Shown in pieces: positions 1 to 9,110 of a stretch of DNA of 64,000 nt. How positions within the stretch are numbered: the stretch's first letter is position 1; each line of letters starts with the position of its first letter. The translations under genes were made by a program, and so were the position numbers. This DNA comes from Myxococcales bacterium UBA1660 (GTDB taxonomy: Bacteria; Myxococcota_A; Polyangia; Polyangiales; Houyiibacteriaceae): NCBI GenBank assembly GCA_002320815.1, contig DCLA01000024.1, positions 767-64,766 on the forward strand, read 5' to 3'. Below the pieces are notes generated by a model. It ran no database searches. It was given only the letters and a program-made list of their open reading frames with translations, and was not told the origin of the DNA.

Positions 1-2178
1 GGCTTCGCGCCCCAGGGCTCCGGGCAGACCGCGACCTGCGTCGACGTGAACGAGTGCACCGCGACCCCGGGGCTCTGCGGCCCGGGCACCTGCTCCAACG
101 GGGTCGGCAACTACACCTGCGCCTGCAACCCGGGCTACACCTTCGACGGATCGACCTGCGTCAACGTCGACGAGTGCGCAGTGGCCAGCCAGTGCGGCCG
201 GGACCTGAGCGCGTCGAACGCCTGTACCGACACCGCCGGCAGCTACGATTGCACCTGCGCCAGCGGCTACACGGAGGTGTCCCCGGGCGGCAGCGAGGAC
301 TGCGTGGACACCAACGAGTGTGTCGTCACGCCGGGGATCTGCGGCGTCGGCACCTGCGTGAACCAGAACGGGGGGTACACCTGCACCTGCCCGAGCGGCT
401 ACGAGCTCGCGGGCGGCACGTGCGTGGACATCGACGAGTGCGCGGGCACCCCCTGCGGCGCGTCGGCCACGAGCTGCACCAACACCGCGGGCTCTTACGT
501 CTGCGCCTGCAGCGCGGGCTACTCCGCGCCCGCCTCCGGAGGGAGCTGCGCCGACGTGAACGAATGCGCCAACGCCAGCACCTGCGGCGCCGAACGCGCG
601 GGCTGCGCCAACACCGCCGGCTCCTACGTCTGCACTTGCAACGGCGGCTACCGCGCGCCGGGCTCCGGCGGCACCTGCGCCGACGTCGACGAGTGCGACG
701 AGAACCCGGGCACGTGCGGCGCGGGCACCTGCGCCAACACCGTGGGCAGCTACGCCTGCACCTGCGATCCCGGCTACGAGGCCCCGGCCCTCGGCGGGAG
801 CTGCGACGACATCGACGAGTGCGCGACCGCGTCCACCTGCGGCAGCGCCCGCGCCGGCTGCTCGAACCTGCCCGGCACCTACGAGTGCTCCTGCGACCCC
901 GGCTACCGGGCCCCCGCCAGCGGCGGCAGCTGCGCGGACATCGACGAGTGCGCCGAGGGCGAGCCCTGCACCCCGGGCACCTGCGCCAACGGCGCCGGCA
1001 CCTACACCTGCACCTGTCCGACCGGCTTCATGGAGAGCGACGGCGCCTGCGTGGACATCGACGAGTGTGCCGGAAACCCCTGCAACACCGGCACCTGCAC
1101 CGAGGGCGACCCCGGCACCTACCTCTGCGACTGTGACCCCGGCTACCAGGCCACGGCGCCCATCGACGGCACCTGCGAGGACGTCGACGAGTGCGCCGAC
1201 CCGGCGCTGAGCATGTGCGACACCAACGCCTCCTGCACCAACGCCATCGGGTCCTTCACCTGCACCTGCGACGAGGGCTGGGCCGGCGACGGTACGACCT
1301 GCGAGAACGTCGACGAGTGCGCCGACGCGAGCCTCAACGAGTGCAACCCCAACGCCCTCTGCACCGACCTCGACGGGACCTACGAGTGCACCTGCCGGGA
1401 GGGCTTCGAAGGCAGCGGGGTGGACTGCTTCGACGTCGACGAGTGCGCGGTCGCCGATCCCTGCGGGGAGAACGAGCGCTGCGTGAACCTCATCGGCACC
1501 GCCCCCGAATGCGTCTGTGTCTCGGGCACGGTCCGCGACGAAGAGAGCGGGGTCTGCGTCTCCGGCTGCGGCAACGGGGTCCGGGCGCGCGGTGAGGAGT
1601 GCGACGACGGCAACGACGAGGACGGTGACGGCTGCGACGCCCGCTGCCAGGTGGAGCCCGGCTGGGCCTGCTTCGAGCCCGACGGCAGCGCCTCGGTCTG
1701 CGACGACACCTGCCCCGACGAGTTCGTCCAGCTCAACGAGGAGTGCGACAACGGCGAGGGCGGGAACTCGGACACCGAGCCCGACACCTGCCGGACCAAC
1801 TGCAAGCTGCCCTGGTGCGGCGATGGCGTGGTCGACACCGGCGAGACCTGTGACGAGGGCGACGCCAACTCCGACGGTTCGCCCGGCGCCTGCCGCACGA
1901 CCTGCCAACCCGCCTACTGCGGCGACGGCGTCGTGGACAGCGGCGAGCGCTGCGACCCCGGTGGCGGCTCGGTGCTCGACGTCGCCGCCTGCAGCGAGAC
2001 CGGCTGCGCGGCGGATGGCGGCGTCTTCGACGGCGGGGAGCCCGACGCCGGCACGGACGCGGACACCGACGACGGCTGCGGCTGCCGGGTCGCCAGCCCC
2101 CGGGACGTGGGCATGGGCCTCGTCTGGCTCCTCGGGCTCGGCCTGGCGCTCCGCCGCCGGCGGGGCGAGGGAGACTGA
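1..2178 (+). CDS. Cell-surface protein (5' end outside window): calcium-binding EGF-like repeat array + myxobacterial Cys-rich repeats + MYXO-CTERM sorting tail
   Basis: Frame 1 is open from nt 1 (GFAPQGSGQTATCVDVNEC...), so the CDS begins upstream of the window. It has 12 tandem 40-45 aa modules starting D/N-x-D/N-E-C and containing G(S/T)YxCxCxxG(Y/F), the cbEGF pattern. About 4 CG(D/N)GVVDxGExCD Cys-rich repeats follow. The C-terminus is DDGCGCRVA + hydrophobic helix + RRRR. Stop TGA 2176-2178. Confidence 0.85.
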   Translation, partial: GFAPQGSGQTATCVDVNECTATPGLCGPGTCSNGVGNYTCACNPGYTFDGSTCVNVDECAVASQCGRDLSASNACTDTAGSYDCTCASGYTEVSPGGSEDCVDTNECVVTPGICGVGTCVNQNGGYTCTCPSGYELAGGTCVDIDECAGTPCGASATSCTNTAGSYVCACSAGYSAPASGGSCADVNECANASTCGAERAGCANTAGSYVCTCNGGYRAPGSGGTCADVDECDENPGTCGAGTCANTVGSYACTCDPGYEAPALGGSCDDIDECATASTCGSARAGCSNLPGTYECSCDPGYRAPASGGSCADIDECAEGEPCTPGTCANGAGTYTCTCPTGFMESDGACVDIDECAGNPCNTGTCTEGDPGTYLCDCDPGYQATAPIDGTCEDVDECADPALSMCDTNASCTNAIGSFTCTCDEGWAGDGTTCENVDECADASLNECNPNALCTDLDGTYECTCREGFEGSGVDCFDVDECAVADPCGENERCVNLIGTAPECVCVSGTVRDEESGVCVSGCGNGVRARGEECDDGNDEDGDGCDARCQVEPGWACFEPDGSASVCDDTCPDEFVQLNEECDNGEGGNSDTEPDTCRTNCKLPWCGDGVVDTGETCDEGDANSDGSPGACRTTCQPAYCGDGVVDSGERCDPGGGSVLDVAACSETGCAADGGVFDGGEPDAGTDADTDDGCGCRVASPRDVGMGLVWLLGLGLALRRRRGEGD

Positions 2179-2213
2179 TGAAACGCGGCCTTCGGCCGGT
2201 AGTTCATCGGTCT
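2172..2213 (+). terminator. Long imperfect GC-rich hairpin spanning the stop codon of the EGF-repeat gene; one copy of a repeated palindromic element
   Basis: The sequence AGAC-t-GATGAA-a-C-g-CGGCC-ttc-GGCCG-G-ta-G-TTCATC-g-GTCT folds into a long stem. A 23-nt core, tgatgaaacgcggccttcggccg, is identical to the reverse complement of 63889-63911. No U-tract follows. Confidence 0.45.
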
Positions 2214-2243
2214 GCTGCGGCCGCTGCGTGGTAGCGTTCGCCC

Positions 2244-2612
2244 GTGACCGAGACCTACCGCGAAGACGGCTTCCGCCTGAACGACCTCGAAGAGAACGAG
2301 CAGCTCGCCCTGGGTGGGCTGGTCCGGATCCTCATTCGGCTCGATGGCTCCTTCTCCGAAGCCGAAGAGGAACACCTGGACACCGTAGCCGACGAGGTCG
2401 GCGACCGGGAGACCCTCTGGCGTTTCATCAGCCGCTCCGCCCAGGAGCACGAGAACGACGGCGCCATCCGGGACGCGGCGATGGGCGTGAAGCGCACCGG
2501 CGCCCGGGAGCTGATCCGCTACGTCCTCGAGTCCATCGCCCGCGCCGACACGATCACCGTGACCGAGCAGACCCTGCTCGACTGGCTCGACGACACCGCC
2601 TGGACGAGCTGA
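2244..2612 (+). CDS. Small acidic cytoplasmic protein, TerB-like helical fold suspected
   Basis: 122-aa ORF with GTG start and high GC3. The pattern LALGGLVRILIRLDGSFSEAEEEHL resembles TerB/DjlA-N type helical bundles. That call is by eye only. Confidence 0.5.
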   Translation: MTETYREDGFRLNDLEENEQLALGGLVRILIRLDGSFSEAEEEHLDTVADEVGDRETLWRFISRSAQEHENDGAIRDAAMGVKRTGARELIRYVLESIARADTITVTEQTLLDWLDDTAWTS

Positions 2613-2630
2613 GGCTCGGCGCCCCGGCGC

Positions 2631-3938
2631 TCAGCTCGCCTGAGCGGAGGGGACGTCGCCGGTGGGCTCTTCGGGCGTCGGGGTCCGGCGGATGACCTCG
2701 ACCTGCTCCACGTGGCGGTCGTCGCCGGCGAGCACGCGCAGGTCGTAGTCGCCGAGGCTGACCTCGGTGCCCACCTCGGGGACGCGCCCGGCGACCTGCA
2801 CCAAGAGACCGCCGAGGGAGTCGAAGTCCCCCTCGGTGCCGCCGTTGATGTCTTCGCCGAGGTACTCCTCGAGGTCGTAGACGCTGATGGTCGCGTCGAC
2901 CACGAAGTGGCCGGGCCCCTCCTGCCGGATGGGGGCCTCGTCGTCGTCGTGCTCGTCCTCGATCTCGCCGACGATCTCCTCGAGGATGTCCTCGAGGGTC
3001 ACGATGCCCGCGGCGCCGCCGAACTCGTCGACGACGACCGCCAGGTGGAAGCGGCGGGACTGCATCTCGTGGAGGAGCACGCTGAGCTTCTGGGTCTCGG
3101 GGGCGAAGAAGACGTTGGTGCGGATGAGATCCGGCAGGACCTCGTTGGCCAGCCCCCGCCGGAGCGCGCCGAAGACGTCCTTGGCGTAGAGGATGCCCTC
3201 CACCTGGTCCATCGAGCCCCGGTACACCGGGTAGCGGCTGTGCCCGTTCTCCTCGATGGCGCCGATCACGTCTTCGAGGGGCATGTCGATCTCGAAGGCC
3301 ACCACCTGGGTGCGCGGGACCATGACCTCCCGGGCCACGGTCGCGCGGAACTCGAGGACGCTCCGCAGGAGCTTCGCTTGATCCGTGCCGAGCTCGCCCT
3401 TCTCCTCGCTCTTCTCGATCATCTTCTCGACGGCCCGGTGGCCGACCTCGCCGTCGAGCTGCGGCGCCGGCACCATGCGGGCCGCGACGCGGCCGAGCGC
3501 GGCGATGGGCACCGCGATGGGCGCGGCCAGCCACTCCAGGGGTCGCAACGCGCGGAGCATCCGCAGACCGCCGCGGGACGCCCGGCGGCGCGCGATGGCG
3601 CTGGAGACCTCCGCCAGGACGGCGTAGCCGAGCCCGACGGCGACCGCCGAGCCGAGCGCGAGCCAGGGGTTCTGGCGGCCGCCCAGGAGCGCGGCGCAGC
3701 CGGCGGCGGCACCGACGCAGAACACCCGGCCCACGAGGAGCCGGGTGCGGATGGTCCGCCCCAGCTCGACGCAGCGACGGGCCTCTTTGCCCAGGGCGCC
3801 GTTCTCGTCCTCGGCGATGGCGCGAATGCGCGCCTCACCGAGCGCAGCGAGGCCGGCGTTGGTGGCAGAGTAGAGCACCGCGAGGAAGAGGCCGAGGCCG
3901 ACTCCCAAGCCGAGCTCGATACTACCTGGTTCGTCCAT
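2631..3938 (-). CDS. Hemolysin-family / CNNM (DUF21)-CBS pair-CorC_HlyC transporter-associated protein
   Basis: N-terminal 4-TM DUF21-like region, then a CBS pair (REVMVPRTQVVAF...SRYPVY...; FHLAVVVDEFGGAAGIVTLEDILEEIVGEIEDEHD), then a C-terminal CorC_HlyC-like domain. Confidence 0.85.
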   Translation of the reverse strand: MDEPGSIELGLGVGLGLFLAVLYSATNAGLAALGEARIRAIAEDENGALGKEARRCVELGRTIRTRLLVGRVFCVGAAAGCAALLGGRQNPWLALGSAVAVGLGYAVLAEVSSAIARRRASRGGLRMLRALRPLEWLAAPIAVPIAALGRVAARMVPAPQLDGEVGHRAVEKMIEKSEEKGELGTDQAKLLRSVLEFRATVAREVMVPRTQVVAFEIDMPLEDVIGAIEENGHSRYPVYRGSMDQVEGILYAKDVFGALRRGLANEVLPDLIRTNVFFAPETQKLSVLLHEMQSRRFHLAVVVDEFGGAAGIVTLEDILEEIVGEIEDEHDDDEAPIRQEGPGHFVVDATISVYDLEEYLGEDINGGTEGDFDSLGGLLVQVAGRVPEVGTEVSLGDYDLRVLAGDDRHVEQVEVIRRTPTPEEPTGDVPSAQAS

Positions 3939-4145
3939 CGTTCATTTCACGCCCGCGGGCGGTTCCCCCCGATACCGAGATCGAGATTAGACGGGACGGA
4001 ACCCCCCTGCAACACCCCGCAGACCGAGTTTCCCGGCGGGAGGGCCACGACGAGTTCTGGGGGGTGGGCGTCCACTCGGCCGGCAGCCTAGCTCGGCGGC
4101 GGGGCGGCGCCAGCCGCGAACGCGGGCTCGTTCGTTCGCCCTGGC

Positions 4146-5222
4146 TCAGGGCACGTAGCCGACGGCGAAGGCCCGGAAGCCCGTGGAGTAGTCCGTGGGC
4201 GCCAGGTCGTCGAGGTCCGCCCCCGCGAAGGTGGCGCCGTAGCGCTTGGCGACCCATCCGCCGTCGGGGCCGCCGTAGGCCGCCTGCAGCACGTTCGACG
4301 GCGCGCTTTTCCACGCGAGCCCATCGGCCGACCTCCAGCGGGTGCCGGCCGAGAACACGTGGAAGGCACCGTCGTGGACGCCCACCGAGCTCACGCTGCC
4401 GTAGTCGAAGGGACACGGCTCGAAGGTCACCGCGTCTTCCGATATGTAGCAGGTGTACTCGCTGTGGTCCCCGGCCCAGCCGCTTCCGGCGAGCAACCAG
4501 CGGCCGGCGTGGAAGGCCACCCCATTGAAGCCGGCCGCGTTGTCCGGGTCCACCGAGCGCTCCGTCCACGTGAGACCATCATCGTTGGAGACCGCGATGG
4601 TTCCGCCGTCGCCGCCCACCACCCAGGTCCCGTCGGGCCCCGCGCCCACGGCGCGCAACCCGCCGGGAAGTTCGCGCGCCGAGACCGTGGCCCAGGTGTA
4701 GCCCTCGTCGACCGATCGGACGATGCTCGTGCCGCCCGCGGCGACCCAGGTGTCGCCCTGGCCCGCGACGCCGCCGAGCCAAGGGCCCGGATCCGAGGAG
4801 CCGCTGTCGGTCCACGTCACACCATCGGTCGATCGCAGGATCAGGGAGTTCTGGTGGCCGCCCACCGCGAGGAACACGCCGTCGTTCCAGGCGACGCCGC
4901 GGAGGAGGTCCGGAGTGTGGGGATTGCCGCTGCCCGAAGGGCCCGTCTGCCACCAATCGACTCCGTCGCGGGTCGATCCCATCAGCCCGAAGGCGCCGAC
5001 GCCGACCCACACCGGTTCGCCCGCGGGGGGCGCGCCGACGTCTGGAGCGCCCATGTCCGCGGGCGCGGCCTCGAGAGCCGCGTCCGCGCGGTCTCCCCCG
5101 TCGGAGGCCGGACTGGCGTCCTCGAGACGAGTCGCCGCGTCCAGGTCTGCCGCGTCGATGGGATCGGGCGACGAAGAGCAGGCCGCGGCGAGCAGCGCGA
5201 AGGCGACGAGCGGACGAACCAT
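4146..5222 (-). CDS. BNR/Asp-box repeat beta-propeller lipoprotein
   Basis: Start taken at ATG 5222 (MVRPLVAFALLAAAC lipobox); the ORF is open to 5258. Repeated S-x-D-x-G-x-(T/A)-W Asp-box motifs: STDGVTWTD, SVDEGYTWAT, SNDDGLTWTE, SADGLAWKS. Confidence 0.75.
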   Translation of the reverse strand: MVRPLVAFALLAAACSSSPDPIDAADLDAATRLEDASPASDGGDRADAALEAAPADMGAPDVGAPPAGEPVWVGVGAFGLMGSTRDGVDWWQTGPSGSGNPHTPDLLRGVAWNDGVFLAVGGHQNSLILRSTDGVTWTDSGSSDPGPWLGGVAGQGDTWVAAGGTSIVRSVDEGYTWATVSARELPGGLRAVGAGPDGTWVVGGDGGTIAVSNDDGLTWTERSVDPDNAAGFNGVAFHAGRWLLAGSGWAGDHSEYTCYISEDAVTFEPCPFDYGSVSSVGVHDGAFHVFSAGTRWRSADGLAWKSAPSNVLQAAYGGPDGGWVAKRYGATFAGADLDDLAPTDYSTGFRAFAVGYVP

Positions 5223-5282
5223 GGACCGATGGTCACTGCGCTGGGGCGAGGGGACCATTACGGGGTCTTCGCGCTCGAGACG

Positions 5283-6509
<1,227 letters not shown>

Positions 6510-6552
6510 GGCGCGGGAGCGTGAAGCACCACGCCGATCGCGTCAACGCGGG

Positions 6553-7224
6553 TCAATCCAGACGGATGGCTTCCGCCAGGAGCAGGTCCACCAGGGTCTT
6601 GAGCGTCTCGAGGGCCGGCATGCCGGACACCGCGAGGAGCTCCTCCACCGTGTGGGTCCCGTCGATGCGGCTGAGCAGGAAGCCGGCCCGGTGGTCGAGC
6701 CCGAGCCAGCGGATCTCCGAGGGCTTCACCACCACCTGCGCCCGGGCCTGAAGAGACCCGAGGCGGGCGATGTAGAGCTGCTGGAGACGCTCGCGACAGG
6801 TCTCCGAGACCCGATGGGCCTCCTCGTTCTCCGGGTCCCGACCGAGAAGGAGTTCCGCCGCGCGCAAGGCGCCGGTGAAGTCGTCCAGGTCGAAGCGCTC
6901 CCGCATCTCGGCCACGAAGTCGAGCCCCGAGGAGGTGATGCTCGAGCGCTCCACGAGGCCGAGGGCGCCACTCTGGGGCGGCGCGGGGGGAATGCTGGAC
7001 ACGTCGGCCGGGGGCTCCGAGACCCGCGAGGGCCGCCGGAGCGTGAGGTCTTCCGGGTCGGCCGGGACCTGGAAGCCGTCGTGGCTCTCGTCCGGGAGCC
7101 GGAGCATCGGGCCCACGAGTTCGGTCGTGATGCGACCGGAGCTCGCCGGCAGGGGGATGCTGTCCGAGGACGACGCCCGGCGGCGGCGCGGAGGCTTGGA
7201 GTCGTCTCCGTCGCCCTCGGCCAT
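6553..7224 (-). CDS. Hypothetical protein, partner of the upstream Hsp70; C-terminal domain shared with the J-protein N-terminus
   Basis: The ATG lies 2 nt after the Hsp70 stop. The N-half is Pro/Ser/acidic and looks disordered. The C-terminal GFLLSRIDGTHTVEELLAVSGMPALETLKTLVDLL aligns with GFILSRIDGETTIRDIADSTGATVERVLDILTRL of 9111-10691. Confidence 0.7.
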   Translation of the reverse strand: MAEGDGDDSKPPRRRRASSSDSIPLPASSGRITTELVGPMLRLPDESHDGFQVPADPEDLTLRRPSRVSEPPADVSSIPPAPPQSGALGLVERSSITSSGLDFVAEMRERFDLDDFTGALRAAELLLGRDPENEEAHRVSETCRERLQQLYIARLGSLQARAQVVVKPSEIRWLGLDHRAGFLLSRIDGTHTVEELLAVSGMPALETLKTLVDLLLAEAIRLD

Positions 7225-7225
7225 C

Positions 7226-9058
7226 TCAGGCGGACTTCCCGACCACGCCCTTGAACATGCGCTGGGTCCGGGTGAGCGCGTCGATCTGTTCCTTGAGTCC
7301 GGCGCTGTCGTTCCGGTCCATGAGCATGCGCGCTCGGTCGACGACCGCGCGCGCCTTCTCGATGGCGTCGCGGCCGAAGTCGCTCCCCGCCACGACCGCC
7401 TCGACCTCCGGGAAGAGCTTCTGGATCTCGGCGATGAGGGTCTCGGCCTGCTGCTTCACGCCCTCGGACTCCTCGTCGCCGCGGCGGGCCACCGCGTACT
7501 CGGAGGCCTCCTGCATCATCAGGTCGATCTCGTCCTGGGTCAGACCGCTGGTGGCGGTGACCGTGATGGACTGCTCCTTGCCGGTCTCGGTGTCCTTGGC
7601 GTGGACCGAGACGATGCCGTCGGCGTTGATCTCGAAGGTCACGTCGACCTCGATCTGCCCGGCCGGAGCGCGCCGGAGCCCGGTGAGGATGAACTCCCCG
7701 AGCAGCTCGTTCTCGTCGGCCTTCTTGGACTCGCCCTGGAGCACCAGGATCTTCACCGCGGTCTGGTTGTCCCGGACGGTGGTGAAGGGCTTGGAGTCCG
7801 AGGTGGGCACCGTCGAGTTCTGCTGGATCAGCTCCTCGAAGAAGCCTCCGGCGACCATGATGCCCAGGGTGTGCGGGGTGACGTCGAGCAGGACCATGTC
7901 CAGCTCCTTGGAATCGTCGACCAACGCGGCGCCCTGGATGGAGGCTCCGAGCCCGACGACCTCGTCGGGGTGCACGCCCTTGCAGGGCTCGCGCTCGAAG
8001 AACTCGCTGACCGCCTGCTGGACCCGCGGCATGCGGGTCATGCCGCCCACCAGGACCACGTCCTCGATCTCGTCCTTCTCGAGGCCCGCCTCGTCGAGGG
8101 TCATCTCGCAGATCTGGACCGTGCGCTCGACCAGGTCCTGGGTGAGCTCCTCGAGCTGCGCACGGGTCAGGAGCTGCTGGAGGTGCAGGGCCTCGTTGCG
8201 CGGGCTGGATATGATGAACGGCAGGTTCACCTCGGTCTCCATCACCGCCGAGAGCTCGCACTTGGCCTTCTCGGCCGCGTCCTTCAGCCGCTGCAGGGCC
8301 ATGCGGTCCTGCCGGAGGTCGATGTCGTGCTCCTCACGGAACCCTTGGACGAGCCAGTCGATGATGCGCTGGTCGAAGTCCTCGCCGCCCAGGAACGTGT
8401 CGCCGGCGGTGCTGACGACCTTGAAGACGCCCGCGCTGGAGATCTCGAGGATCGAGATGTCGAAGGTGCCGCCGCCCAGGTCGTAGACCGCGACCGTGCG
8501 GTCGATGTTCTTGCCGAAGCCGTAGGCGAGCGCGCCAGCGGTGGGCTCGTTGATGATCCGGATGACGTCGAGGCCGGCGATCTGGCCGGCGTCCTTGGTC
8601 GCCTGACGCTGCCCGTCGTTGAAGTACGCGGGGACCGTGACCACGGCCTTGGTCACCTCGTGGCCGAGGTAGTCCTCGGCGATCATCTTCATCTCCTGCA
8701 GCACCATCGCGCTGATCTCGGGGATGGAATAGACCTTGTCGCGGAGCTGGATCCGGCAGTCGCCGTGGGGCCCCTCGACGATGCGATAGGGGCACGTGGC
8801 GATGGCGTTCTTCACCTGCGGGGTGTCGAACTTCCGGCCGATCAGGCGCTTGGCCGCGTAGACGGTGTTCTCGGCGTTCGTGACCGCCTGGCGCTTCGCG
8901 ATGTGCCCCACGAGCCGCTTCCCGGCCTCGGTGACCGCCACCATCGAAGGGGTGACCTTGTATCCACCGCGGTTGGCGATGACGACCGGAGTGCCGCCCT
9001 CCACCACGGAAACGCACGAGTTGAACGTGCCGAGATCGATGCCAATGACCTTGTCCAT
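7226..9058 (-). CDS. Hsp70-family chaperone, non-canonical DnaK paralogue
   Basis: IGIDLGTFNS (phosphate-1, F instead of T), VYDLGGGTFDIS (phosphate-2) and VVLVGGMTRMP (adenosine) motifs. A beta-sandwich substrate-binding domain and helical lid follow. There is no C-terminal EEVD-like tail. 610 aa. Confidence 0.9.
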   Translation of the reverse strand: MDKVIGIDLGTFNSCVSVVEGGTPVVIANRGGYKVTPSMVAVTEAGKRLVGHIAKRQAVTNAENTVYAAKRLIGRKFDTPQVKNAIATCPYRIVEGPHGDCRIQLRDKVYSIPEISAMVLQEMKMIAEDYLGHEVTKAVVTVPAYFNDGQRQATKDAGQIAGLDVIRIINEPTAGALAYGFGKNIDRTVAVYDLGGGTFDISILEISSAGVFKVVSTAGDTFLGGEDFDQRIIDWLVQGFREEHDIDLRQDRMALQRLKDAAEKAKCELSAVMETEVNLPFIISSPRNEALHLQQLLTRAQLEELTQDLVERTVQICEMTLDEAGLEKDEIEDVVLVGGMTRMPRVQQAVSEFFEREPCKGVHPDEVVGLGASIQGAALVDDSKELDMVLLDVTPHTLGIMVAGGFFEELIQQNSTVPTSDSKPFTTVRDNQTAVKILVLQGESKKADENELLGEFILTGLRRAPAGQIEVDVTFEINADGIVSVHAKDTETGKEQSITVTATSGLTQDEIDLMMQEASEYAVARRGDEESEGVKQQAETLIAEIQKLFPEVEAVVAGSDFGRDAIEKARAVVDRARMLMDRNDSAGLKEQIDALTRTQRMFKGVVGKSA

Positions 9059-9110
9059 TCAGGCTCCCAGGCCCCACACCCGAGCGGACGCCCGGGCCCA
9101 ACAGGGGGTC

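Noticed and set aside
1-2178. Eukaryotic contamination or very recent horizontal transfer, as an explanation for the EGF_CA array
   Set aside because: GC content and codon bias match the rest of the window. The same polypeptide ends in myxobacteria-specific Cys-rich repeats and a MYXO-CTERM tail.
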